64,000 nucleotides of DNA, taken from the NCBI RefSeq assembly GCF_006345805.1, contig NC_043014.1, positions 21,080,001-21,144,000 of the forward strand. Direction: 5' to 3'. A program made the translations under genes and the position numbers. Source of the DNA: Octopus sinensis (Eukaryota). Below are positions 25,006-37,612 of the stretch, piece by piece (within the stretch, counting starts at the first letter, position 1; each line of letters begins with the position of its first letter). The notes beneath the pieces were generated by a model. The model ran no database searches. It saw only the letters and a list, made by a program, of their open reading frames with translations, and was not told the origin of the DNA.

Positions 25006-26103
25006 CAGAGATTTTCAATCACATTTTGTGCCTTTGGTTACTATTTTATTCGGGTGGACCCTCACAAGTGGACCCTCACAACCATTCCATGTTTTAAAAA
25101 TCCTTATTATATTTTTGTAATTAAATATTATTAGGAATTGTATTTTTAATCTTTTATCTTCTACTTGTTTCAGTCATCAGACTGCGGTCATGCTGGGGCA
25201 CTGCCTTAAAGAATTTTTTTAGTAGAATGAATCGACCCCAGTACTTATTTTTTAACCTAGTACTTATTCTATCGTCCTTTTTTTGCCAAAACACAAAGTT
25301 ATGTTGGCGTAAACACACCAACACCGGTTGTCAAGCAGTGGTGGGAAACACAGACACACACACGTGTATGTGTGTGTGTTTGTGTGTGGGGGTAGTGTAT
25401 GTATATATACGATGGGGTTCTTTGAGTTTCCGTCAACCGAATCCCCTCATAAGGGTTTGGTCGGCCCGAGGCAATAATAGAAGATATTTGCCTAAGGTGC
25501 CATGCAGCAGGACTGAACCCGAAAGTATGTAGCTGGGAAGCAAACTTCTTATTTCTTTACTGCCCACAAGGGGCTACACACAGAGGGGACAAACAAGGAC
25601 AAAGGGATTAAGTCGATTACATCGACCCCAGTGCGTAACTGATACTTAATTTTTCGACCCCGAAAGGATGAAAGGCAAAGTCGACCTCGGCCGAATTTGA
25701 ACTCAGAACGTAACGGCAGACGAAATACCTATTTCTTTACTACCCACAAGGGCTTAGCACAGAGGGTACAAACAAGGACAGATAAAACGGATTAAGTCGA
25801 TTATATCGACCCCAGTGCGTAACTAGTACTTATTTAATCGACCCCGAACGGATAAAAGGCAAAGTCGACCTCGGCGGAATTTGAACTCAGAACGTAGCGG
25901 CAGACGAAATACCGGTAAGCAATTAATCCGGCTTGCTAACGTTTCTGCTTTCTTACCACTCAGTTGCGGCTGCACCTATCAAAAGCATTGTTAAAATATT
26001 TTGTGTATTGTAGAAGTATAACCAATTTATTGCGCATAAACTTTGAAAACAAAATTTTATATGGACCCCCAAGGGTCAGGTGGACCCCGGTTGAAAACCA
26101 TTG
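25006..26103. mobile_element. Possible hAT-type MITE containing SINE insertions
   Basis: Ends cagagattttcaatc / ggttgaaaaccattg; subterminal TGGACCC repeats at both ends; candidate degenerate 8-bp TSD gactaaat / gacctaag (5 of 8 match). Confidence 0.45.
25150..25975 (-). mobile_element. SINE A (minus strand) with a tandem SINE B array inserted in its tRNA head
   Basis: SINE A body 25150-25550, SINE B units 25551-about 25945, and remaining SINE A head (accactcagttgcggctgcacc) at about 25953-25975. Confidence 0.75.
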
Positions 26104-27407
26104 GACCTAAGCCTTCAAAGCGGTGCCCTAGCATGGCTCCAGTCCAATGACTGGAATAAGTAGAAGATAAAAGAGTAAATAGAGTGTGGAAGGATAGAGA
26201 AGCAAGTGATAGTGAGAAAAAGAATCAAGTGGATTGTGACAGAGGTTAGAGGTACGAAGGGGGTAAGGAAGGGAGAGCCAGAAGGACATAAAGGGAATAA
26301 AGAGAGAGCGTCATCAGAGACAGAGAGAAGAGGAGAGAGGCAGACAGGCAAACTGACATATAAACGCACAGTGAAGTATATGCACTACAGAGTAAATAGG
26401 TAGACAAGCAGACAAACAGATAATTAGACAGACCAACAGGCAAACAGACAAACAGATAATTAGACAGACCGACAGGCAAACAGACAGTCATTCGAACAGA
26501 CTGACCGATCTGCTGGCTAATTGACTGACAGACAAATAATCTGGCAGGGATATTTGCAACGTTCATGCATGCTCACAAAATTGTACGGGTGGGTAGCAGG
26601 TGTATGCTGGATCGAATCAACTTCAGTGTTTTGTTGTTAAGTGAATTAGTAGGTCCCCGGAGGGATAGAGGTTAATCTTGACTGAATCAAGATTTGAACT
26701 CGGTACGTGCAGATATGTAATTAAATACTATTCGAGAGGGAGCGAGACCACTCTATAGCAACAACTACAAGAACAACGACATTGATGACCATGATGATGA
26801 TAATAATAATGATAATAAAAACATCAAACAGAAACGCAGAAATAAAGAATAAAAACAACGAAACCGCGGCAAAAAATAAAAACAGCTGTAACAACAGCAA
26901 CATCACAACAATTATTTTTACTAGTACAAATACAGTAAGGGAAGTCAACTACGGATATTATTTGAACCTAGAGCGTAAAGGGAAGTAACTCAACATAGTT
27001 TTAAGGATTTTTACCATTTACTGACCCCTCGCTTTTATGGTGACTACCACGGCGATGACGATAGACAAGAAGAAGAGTTAGTAGTGGTGCTGGTGATGGT
27101 GGCTGCGTTGATAACTGTGGTAAGATTTTTAAAAAAGAGCCGAGAGCACTTTCGAAACAGCGAAACGATGGAGTCAACATATTAAACATTATCGTCAGCC
27201 AATGGCCGTCTTCTTAATGTTGTTTGTGATAGTGGCTTTCTCGTGGACTTCTGGTAATGGTTGCTTGTAGTATAAGTTTGTAATGACTTAGAATTGTACT
27301 GGTCGCTTGTATGCTTGCTTATAGAGTAGGCCCCAAATGAAAAGAAAATATTTTCAACGCATAGTGTTACAAATACAAAACAAAAAAAGTTTGATTGTGA
27401 AGAAACA

Positions 27408-27496
<89 letters not shown>

Positions 27497-27638
27497 GGAT
27501 CAAAACAGTTTGATTCAAATTCGGTAGCACCCTTGAGTTTCGAGCGCGTTGCTAGTCATCAGCCATTTCAAATTCAAAATCGCTGACGACTAACATCACG
27601 CTTGAAACTAAAAGGTACCAACGAATTTGAATTAAATT

Positions 27639-27683
27639 GTATGTATGTTTCTATGTATGTATGTATGTATTTATGTATGTATG

Positions 27684-27717
<34 letters not shown>

Positions 27718-27725
27718 TGTATGTA

Positions 27726-27760
<35 letters not shown>

Positions 27761-27890
27761 ATGTATGTATGTATGAATGTATGTATGTATGTTTGTCTGT
27801 CTGTCTGTCTGTGTGTATGTATGTATGTATGTATGTATGCATGTGTGTGTGTGTGTCATTATTCAGTTTTTATTTCAAGATTGTGTATGA
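27639..27890 (-). repeat. (CATA)/(CAGA) microsatellite attached to a short 3' UTR end of the R4-like family at 10931
   Basis: tcattattcagtttttatttcaagatt at 27857 matches 10931-10956. Confidence 0.7.
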
Positions 27891-30450
27891 ATGTTCAAAA
27901 AACGAAAGGCATTGCATTCATTACTAGCAAATGATTCTGACCAAAATAGAGCTTTTTTTCAAAGAGATGAAAGCAGATGTGCAAAGAAAGAAGTGAAGCA
28001 TGGAGAATACTTGGTGGCGGAAGAAAGCAGAAGAAATAGAGGCTGCTTCCAATGTTAAGAACACTAAGTTATTATATACTCTCCTTCGTGAGGTGTAGGG
28101 GCCATCATGTCCTATGTATGTATGTATGTATGTATGTATGTATGTATGTATGTATGTATGCAAGAAAGCACTTCATCTTTATGTTTATGTTTGTCCCCTA
28201 CCACAGCTTGACAACCGGTATTGGTTTGTTTACGCCTCCGTAAACTAGCGGTTCGGCAAATAGGGACCGATCATGTGAAGAATAGGGGTAGTGTTTTATT
28301 GAGGGAGCATAAAGACATTTTTAAACGATTGGAGGAACACTTCAATGAACTTCTGAATCGATCATCAATTGTTGATGAAAAAAGTATTGATATAATTCCA
28401 CAGAATGCACCCATTGAGTGCTTAGATGATACCCCGTCAGTGGGAAATCAAAGTAGTATCAAAGCTGAACAATGGCAAAGCACCGGGAGTTGATAGTCTG
28501 AACGTAGAACCAGTCAAGTTTGTTGGGGGGACTACTTGCTAGAAATGCTGACAGCAGTAATACAGAAGATATGGAAAAATGAAGTTATACCAAAATACTG
28601 GAAGGATTTAGTCATGGAAGTTGTGTTCAAGGGTAAGGGACAAAAGGATGAATGCAATAACCTTCGTGGTATTTGCCTGCTTGCTACAGCCAGTAAATTT
28701 TTATCACGAATAATGTTGAACTGGCTGCAGATATATGTGGTTAATGGGATTCTTCCTGAATCACAGAGTGGATTCAGAAATGGTAGGGGTACTGTGGATA
28801 TGATCTTCTCTGCACGGCAGTTACAGAAAATGTGTGTGGAACAGCAAATAGGACTTTATCAGGTATTCATTGATCCTACTTAAGGCTTTTGACTCTGTCA
28901 ATCGAACTGCCCCGTGGGAGATCTTGAGGAGACTTGGATGCCCGGTAAAGTTTCTTACTATTCTGAAGCAGTTTCATGATGGCATGGCAGTAAGGATCAA
29001 CATTGGTGGAAAGGTCTCGGAGCCTATCTCTGTCACGAATGCGGTAAAACAAGGTGACATATTAGCACCTACGCTCTTCACCCTCTATTTTACTATAGTT
29101 TTTCATTTGGCTTTCAAAAGCTCCTATGAAGGCATATATATATCAGATATCGCACAACAGGAAAACTCTTTAACATCAGAAGACTGTCAGCTTAGTCAAG
29201 GATGTACTCAACTCTTATTAGAGACGTAATCTATGAAAATGATTGTGATATTGTGACTCATACCGAGGAGGACATGCAAAATTTCATGAATGCAATTTCA
29301 ATGATTTGTGAGGCACTTGTATTAATCTTAAATCTAACCAAAACTGTTGTCATGTTTCAGCCAACACCAAGAATGCCATACATAGAACCTGGTATCTTCG
29401 TGTATGGAAGAAAGATTGCTGTGGTTTCTAAATTTGTTTACTTAGGGAGCACACTAAACACATCAGCGAATCTTGATGAAATGTCACTACGCATTCAGAA
29501 AGCCAGTTTTGCTTTTGGCAAATTGGAAGACCACCTATGGTCTAGATATGGTATTTACACTGCGACAAAGGTTAAGTTATACAATACATGTGTCTTAACC
29601 TCTTTACTGTATGCTTGCGAAACCTGGACTGTGTATCGTAAGCACTTAAAACTTATGGAACGTTTTCATCAAAAATGTCCCAGAAGGATTTTGGGGATCA
29701 GCTGGAAAATGTTTGTGAGTGATGATGAGGTGCTTGAAAGAATGAAATACTTCAGTATTGAAGCTTTGCTATTGCAGTACAGATTGCGATGGAGTAGACA
29801 CTTAGTCAGAATGACAGACAACAGAATGCCTAAACAACTTTTTTTACGGAGAATTGGTGACAGGTTAGCGCGCGTCCCACAAACCAAAGATGAGGTACAA
29901 AGGTTGTCTGAAGTCGGGATTGAATAAGATAAATGTTCCAATTGACAACTGGGAAGATTTAGCGCATTGCCGTGAAAAATAGAAAAAAGTTGTGTATGAA
30001 GGCAAAAATAAATTTCATTGGAAGAGAATGGAGCACACAAAGATCAAAAGAAAGATGCGAAAAAGAGACAGTAATGATGTTCTAACAAGCATTAATGAAC
30101 GTGATAATTTTACGTGTGATGAATGTGGAAAGATTTGTCTTAGTAAGGCTGAGCTAAAGAGCCGTATGAAATCAGACATTGCACAACCACACTTTGATTA
30201 TAGATTGACAGATGATTTCGAATGCATACTCTGTCATAAAGTATGCAGATCAAAAAGTGGCTTGAAAGGCATAGTAAAGTTCATGGAGCTGTAAACTAAA
30301 CAATCACCAAGTTTTCTTGCACAAATTGTCAAAAAAGCATGCAAGTCTTTGGCAGTCCTCAAAAGCCATATTCGTATAGCTCATCGATGATATTCTGGGG
30401 CATAAAGAAATCAGGCAATGGCTCTTCTCCAAATCGAGTTGGCAACCATC
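27890..30450 (+). mobile_element. 5'-truncated, degraded RTE-clade LINE with RT and three C-terminal C2H2 fingers, followed by (TGTA)n
   Basis: WWRKKAEEIE, EHFNELLNR, KAPG.D, NLRGICLL, LPESQSGFRNGRGTVDMIFSARQLQKMCVEQ, KAFDSV, GVKQG-like AVKQGDILAPTLF, YENDCD (YADD position), LYACETW, RWSRHLVRM.DNRMPKQLF. No endonuclease domain present. Confidence 0.88.
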
Positions 30451-31139
30451 ATGTATGTATGTATGTATGCATGTATGTATGTATGTATGTATGTATGTAT
30501 GTATGTATGTATGTATGTATGTATGCATGTTCTCTTTCTACTTTTAATTTTAGAATGAGTTTTAACCGGTCACCTACTTGGTAGTAATGTCTTGAAGAAA
30601 AGCATCTTCTTTTGTTCATCATACTTTTAATTTTAAGAAGTATTGCAGATTTTTATAGTCCCAGATATCGTGATCATTTAGAACATATGAATTATGGATT
30701 TGCATTCTCTCTTCAAGTTCCCAATGTATGTATGTATGTATGTATGTATGTATGTATGTATGTATGTATGTATATGTATGTATGTATGCATGTATGCATT
30801 TCCTGTGTATGACTTTAAACTGCTTCCCGTACGGGGTTCCTGATTCGGGAGTTCCTGTGTTTGAGGAATGTGGAACCACCACTTAGTCGTTCTTGTTGGT
30901 AGGTCTACTCTGACCTGGATGAGTAGCACATGTCAGAGTCCCAGATATGGGTTAACTATCATGTGACCCATTGGGAGTGAAGTACATGTAGTTCCCTTTC
31001 GAACTTCCTTCTAAGAATCTATGTAACTATGTAAGTATATTTAGATGATTGCATGCATTTTCATAAAGTCGAAGTTATGGCGCTTTATTAAAACACTATG
31101 CCGTTAAATACTCACTTTCTCGTTTGTTATTTAAAACTA

Positions 31140-32378
31140 TGTATCATCCCATAAATAATGCGGATTTTTTCAGTTGCATGAACAAAAGTCGGAAGGGGCA
31201 GGATAAACTACCTGTATCAACTTGCTATAAAGACAGCTAGTGATTTTACCTTGTTATTATTCTTAGTGTATGTTTTGAAGAGTACCGTTCGATTTTAACA
31301 GTTATTTTTTCAAAGCTATAATAGAAGTGACAAAGAAGCATATTTGGTATATTTTGCTTTTATGAGTTCAATAAAGGCAGCAACGGAACGGAAAGTGCGA
31401 GAAATATTAACGTAGTGTATGGGGATCGGAATATATGCGTAAGCCAGTGTCAACGGTGGTTCTAGAAATTTCGAGCCAGAAACTACAGGCTAGAAGATGA
31501 GCCTTATCCTAGAAGATCTATAGAGCTCGACAAGGATGTCCTGCACACCATGGGGGAACAAAATCCTGTCGTAACTGTTGAGGAACTAGCAGAGAAGCTT
31601 GGATTTGGTCATTCAACCATTCATCGGAAAAGTCAGCAAATTGGATCAATGGGTTCCTCACAAATTTTCCGAGTTTAATTGCGTGCAGAGAGTGAATCTG
31701 TGCTCTCTTTTGCTGACAAGTTTCACGAAAGAATCTTTTTTTAGACCGAATAGTGGCTGGTGATGAGAAATGACAAGCGCCGAAGACAGGGGACAGAAAA
31801 AAGGAGAAACACCGGCAACCCAAGTTAAAGAAGGTCTTCACCCACGTAGGGTGTTGTTATATGTTTGGTGATATATAAAAGATTTAGTTCACTTTGAACT
31901 TTTAAACCCAAACCAAATGATAACGAAGGAGATCTACCGCTTAAGTCAGCGCTAGAAGAAAAACGACCATCTTTGGTCTCAAGACAAAAGATGTTCTTCC
32001 ATCAGGATAATGCTCGACAACATACAGCGAGGATGACATTCCAAAGGCTGGAGCAGTTTGAATGGGAAACGATGCCCCACCCACTATATTCGCCGGGCAT
32101 TGCCCCATCTGATTATCATTTATTCTGCAGTCTTCAAAATCATTTGGACAGGAAAAATATGAATTCCGTAGACGAGGTCAGAACAGTACAGGAGGAGTAT
32201 TTTTCATAACAGACAAGTGAATTTTGGATGAGATGCCTTGTAAGTCTACCAGATAGATGGAAGAGCATTGTGGAAAATGAAGGGGAGTATATTTTAGATT
32301 AGAAAAAAACTTAGTTTATCTTAATTTTCAAAAATATAAGAAGTATTAAAAAACTGCATTATTTATAAGATGACCCAA
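31140..32378 (+). mobile_element. Mariner (DD34D, Hsmar1/cecropia-like), full length, degraded, TA-flanked
   Basis: TIRs tgtatcatcccataaataatgcgg / ctgcattatttataagatgacccaa. WVPHKF, LDRIVAGDEK, QDNARQH..PHPLYSPGIAPSDYHLF with 34-residue D-D spacing. Confidence 0.9.
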
Positions 32379-32392
32379 TATACATACTCACA

Positions 32393-32468
<76 letters not shown>

Positions 32469-32469
<1 letters not shown>

Positions 32470-32704
32470 TGTTGTGTCTGGGGAGTCATTCTCTTTTAGT
32501 ACCTTATTATTTAACACACTCACCGGTAAAATTTCCACTTATTTCGTCTTTTTACTTTCCTAAAATTTTCGTCAAGACTATTGAAAAGGTTGCAAGACGC
32601 AACGAAAATTTTAGGAAAATAAAAAGACAAAATAAGTGGAAATTTTACCGGTGAGTGTGTTAGATAAGGCACTAAAAGAGAATGACTCTCCCCAGACACA
32701 ACAG
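32469..32704. mobile_element. Hairpin MITE (about 100-bp arms, 29-nt loop)
   Basis: 32469-32572 is the approximate reverse complement of 32602-32704; ends CTG...CAG. Confidence 0.85.
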
Positions 32705-32828
32705 AATATGCTTCAACACACGAACTCATATAAAGAATCTTGCAAACCAAATAAAAAAACCAAATATATATATATGCATGTATGTATGTATGTATGTATA
32801 CACACATACATATATATGTATGTATATA

Positions 32829-32908
<80 letters not shown>

Positions 32909-33027
32909 GTATCTATGTATGTGTATACTACTAATATAGGATGAAGTTCTTTTCTCTACAGAAAAGAATTCCATCAAGAAATGTGGCAGTATATTAAAAA
33001 TACCTTTACGGTTAAAATTATAAACAA

Positions 33028-33174
33028 CTTATAAGCAAGGGCAAAAGAAGAAATTTAAATATTCTAACGGTTAGCTTGCCCGACTTCAGTTCAATTTTTC
33101 TGTAGCAGGTGGATTATATGTGGAAAATCAGTATATTGGCTTCAGAATATTCTTCTTTAGCCCTTGCTTATAAG
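33028..33174. mobile_element. Short MITE-like element with about 25-bp TIRs
   Basis: cttataagcaagggcaaaagaagaa / ttcttctttagcccttgcttataag. Confidence 0.65.
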
Positions 33175-33212
33175 TATGTATGTGTGTGTGTATATATATA
33201 TATATTATATAT

Positions 33213-33241
<29 letters not shown>

Positions 33242-33244
<3 letters not shown>

Positions 33245-34161
33245 GTAATATAATAATAAGAGTAAATAATTTCTATAAAGGCTTTTAAAAAAACCCAATT
33301 ATTTACTGGTAGAATTCGGTATGTAAATATAGCCGATTACCGGCAGGAACTTCTGTAAAGTTCAGTATATATATTGTATATAAGAAAAAGGGACAGGCAA
33401 AACAGGTTGCTTGATCGCATACCGAAAAAATAGAAATAGCAGTCAAGAGTGCTTATTCTATCAAAGTTGGACTCCGGGCATGACAGACCCTGTAATTCAC
33501 ATATGCAAAACAGAAGGAATAGATAACGAATACGAAGTCTGGCGGTTATCTGTGAACATCATGTTCTGGATTATAAACATATTGAATATATATTCCATAT
33601 ATATTTTTGATATATATTTCATATACATTGCATATATATTTCACATCCTTCTTCAGCACAGCTTTCCATTGAAAAAGATTTATCATAGATTTATCAAATG
33701 CTACGTACCTCAAACCTTCTGACCATGCGACATCAAAATATTTGAAGAAAGTGAGCAAAAGCTAAACCTACATAGACGTTTGAATTCATAAATCTTCCCT
33801 CCAAAATTTTGCCATGCGCATTACAAAAATAGTTCCATAAGATGGGGAACAATTGGGTTGTCAAAGGGAGTGAAAAATCCAAATAGTAATATAATAATAA
33901 GAGTAAATAATTTCTATAAAGGCTTTTAAAAAAAACCCAATTATTTACTGGTAGAATTCGGTATGTAAATATAGCCGATTACCGGCAGGAACTTCTGTAA
34001 AGTTCAGTATATATATTGTATATAAGAAAAAGGGACAGGCAAAACAGGTTGCTTGACCGCATACCGAAAAAATAGAAATAGCAGTCAAGAGTGCTTATTT
34101 CTATCAAAGTTGGACTCCGGGCATGACAGACCCTGTAATTCACATATGCAAAACAGAAGGA
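33242..34161. repeat. Near-identical direct repeats of about 278 bp (33242-33518 and 33883-34161) around a 364-bp spacer
   Basis: Differences seen: one substitution (gatcg/gaccg) and one 1-bp indel. (TA)n on both outer sides. Confidence 0.9.
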
Positions 34162-34476
34162 TATATATATATATATGCACACACATATGCATATATGTAT
34201 AGCTACACTCTTAAATGATATATATCTAAATAAACATATATCAATAAAAACAACATACACATGCATATGTACATACGTGTGGGGGGGGGCTAGGTGTAGA
34301 TGTGTAAATACATATAAATATGTATATACATATATCTATATACATTTATGCATGTATATATATTATAAATCTACATATGTTCATATATTATGTATAGACA
34401 CACACATATATATATCCACACATACATATACATATATATATATATACATATATACATATATTTATAACATGAGTAA

Positions 34477-34510
<34 letters not shown>

Positions 34511-34569
34511 GTAAAGTTGTGTGCATGTATATACACATACATACATACATACATACATACATACATACA

Positions 34570-34603
<34 letters not shown>

Positions 34604-36456
34604 CATACATACATATATACATCCATACATACATCTGTACATGTTTTTATGTACGTAAGTATACACGCATGCATGCACGTATGAATGCGGTATAATGTAA
34701 ATAAGTTAATTGGTCGTACGATACTTTATTAAAAGCTCTCTACTTCAACTGTGTCACCTCCCAGCAACTTTATTTCACAACGCTAATTACTCATGAAATT
34801 ATATAAAAGACTGCAAAAGCAATTTCCACCATTTTGTTTTCTTTTATTTATATATGTATGGGGTGGATGGCCTGTGACTGGCTTGTTTTTGTTTTTGTTT
34901 TTGCTATAGTTGTTTGCTGGTGTCATTGGTGTTTGTTTATGTTGTATCATTGTTATCTTCTCTTGTTAGTATATATACATGTGTGTTTCTTTTTCATCAT
35001 AGATATTGTTTCTCTTTCTCATCACGTTTGCATCGTTTTGCTTCATTCCCTTTCTCATTCTCCGTCTGTCTACTTGCCTGTGTCTCTCCCTTTCTCTCTC
35101 TTTCTTTCTCACTCTTCCTCTCTATATCCCTTCTTTCTGTTTTTCTCCCGCAAGCTCTTACACCCCATTTGTTCTCTCTCACTACCTCTCTTTGTATTTC
35201 TCACCCTCAAGCTCTTATTCCCTTTACTGATTTCTTTATTTCAAGCTCTTATTCCCTGTACTATCTACTCCCCGTCGTCCGTCTTTTCTACGCTGTTTCA
35301 CTCGTCCTTCTTGCCTGTCTTCACTCTTAACTATTGTGCCCCCGCCTCCTCTTCTATCTTCCTCCTTTTCACTTCTTCACCCACCAACCTTTTACTACTT
35401 TGTCTGTCTTCTTTCTTTACGTCTGTCCTCTTATCCCTTCATCTCTCAGTCTTTCCTTTGCTTTCCTTTTGCTTCCATGATTCCTGTCTTCCCTCTCCTT
35501 TTATTTATGTGTCCCTCTCCTTCATTCCTATGTCTTTCTTTTTAGTTTTCCTCACTTCCTTTCTTTATCTTCAGTCATTTTTCTCTCTCCCTCTCTCACT
35601 CATTTCATTACAACTCCTTTTTTCTTTTGTTACAAATGTCGAAAACCTTGTAGTGTTTTTACGTTTACGCTTTCAGTTCAAATCCTGATGAGTTTCCTTT
35701 TCATCCATTACTAATCGATAAAAAATTATACCAGTCAAGTACTGAGGTTGAGTTAATCTGTAATACTCCAACCCCCAAACATGTGTGCTTTGGTTCCTAT
35801 GCTATTTTTATTTAGGTCCTCATCTACCTTGAACCTATGATTAAAAATATTCCATTCAGGCCACTCCGTTTTTTTAGACACCTTATCAAAGACTAGATTA
35901 TCAAGTATATCTTTACGATTTTGTTAAAGAAGCAGAGTATGATTTCAGCGTGAGTTGGGTGTAATTTCTCGCAATTTGAACAACCACATAAAGCTTCCTT
36001 CAAGGACTCGTGTGCTGTGGTCACGGGCCGTTGTCGATAAGGGGGTGCACTGAGTAACATTTCCCCTCACATTTCAATGGTGTACCCTCAGATCTACAGT
36101 GATACACGTATTTCGAAACTCCACTTTAGCATTATTACAAACTAGCTGGCCCCGTGCCGTCAAATATTTTATATATAAATAAGGTACAAAATAAGGTACA
36201 TAGTAATCACAGATACAAACATTCAAATACTTCCCTTGTACACGCGCATACATGCACACATATACTCACACAGAGTTGAAACGTTGATTTTTTTTTCATC
36301 CCTTCCGTCGTTATTCATCTTTCAATCCTTCCTTTCTCTCACTCCGTCTCAGTCATGGCTATTACTCACACTACTTCTCCTTCACTGAATTACTATTTTA
36401 TCTCCTCTCCCTTCACTCATACTACCCTTTCTCCTACTCTCTTCTACGTGATTTTG

Positions 36457-36496
<40 letters not shown>

Positions 36497-36667
36497 AGCT
36501 TAGAGAAGAAGAAGAAACGAAACGAAACCAAACAAATCGAATCGAATCGACGCGAAGGCGATCAGTCGTACAATAGTGTAATAAATAAAATATATGCATA
36601 CATACAAACATATATGTACGTACATACATCTACATGTATATATACATGCATATATAAATATATATAC

Positions 36668-36722
<55 letters not shown>

Positions 36723-36939
36723 CACCCAGAATGTTCTGAAGTACCACAAGGCACTAAAGTTTGGCGACAGTCCTGGTAAGGAAACAGCTGAATTGCTAGA
36801 GTAGACACAAATTGTAACCAGTCTTTGTAGAGTCTCTCTTAGCTGACATACTTGTGACAAAATGTACGACCATCATCATCATCATCATCGTCACCATCAT
36901 TATATTACTCTCTCCATCCTCAACATCACAGTCGTCGTC

Positions 36940-36952
36940 ATTGTTGTTGTTG

Positions 36953-36998
<46 letters not shown>

Positions 36999-37024
36999 CA
37001 TCGTTGTTGTTGTTGTTGTTGTTG

Positions 37025-37055
<31 letters not shown>

Positions 37056-37062
37056 CATTATT
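36940..37062. repeat. Compound (TTG)/(TTA) microsatellite
   Basis: Direct reading. Confidence 0.95.
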
Positions 37063-37612
37063 GAGTGAGAGAGCAGTGCATGCCATCAAAGTGACGCTGG
37101 GGTAAATTATACGAAGCCCAATATACCCATCATGACTACCCGACTGACAAGGGTACACTAGGCACATGCATCACAACCATATGTGCGCGACATAATAATC
37201 TCATATCAAGATTAACAGCTCATAACCTTGCAGATGAGAACCAGTTAGAATTTTCTTCAGGTCGATTATCCCATCCCGCTCAAAAGGTCTCTGAATAAGG
37301 GTTGTTTAAGGATGATAAACAAAACACCCATGTTTCCAAAAGGTAAATTATCCAAACCTCCAAGAATCCTTCTCAACACATGGCTATGACGCTTCCCCCA
37401 CTACTTCTGCTCATGATCAGAGATGCACATATCGTCAGCCATTAAGGGACGTGCTTAACTGGTTAAGGTCAAACACCTGACAAGCAAATCTGTGGTATTG
37501 AGCAGAATATTTGCTGTAGCCCATCTTTTATACCAAGACAAAACAATGTACAAGATAACACTTCCAATCAGTTACGATCAGAAGCCAGGAAAGCCTAGTA
37601 CTGCACCAGGAC
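37063..37612 (-). mobile_element. About 550-bp non-coding interspersed element with (AAT)n tail
   Basis: 37063-about 37480 is the approximate reverse complement of 63390-63806. Both copies are bounded by (AAT)/(ATT) tracts. Confidence 0.8.

Larger units (their letters stand above)
24618..26172 (+). mobile_element. SINE family A split by a nested insertion (body 24618-25005, tail 26104-26172)
   Basis: B box ggttccgggttcaatccc, internal (TATG)n, 3' body. The tail ccttcaaagcggtgccctagcatggctccagtc resumes after 26103. Confidence 0.7.

Noticed and set aside
34834-35688. 284-aa Leu/Ser/Phe-rich ORF resembling a membrane protein
   Set aside because: Pyrimidine-rich low-complexity DNA is naturally poor in stop codons; no motifs.
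35830-36030. Possible further CR1 RT relic (RP..HLIK, DF..S-like pieces)
   Set aside because: Too degraded to support by eye.
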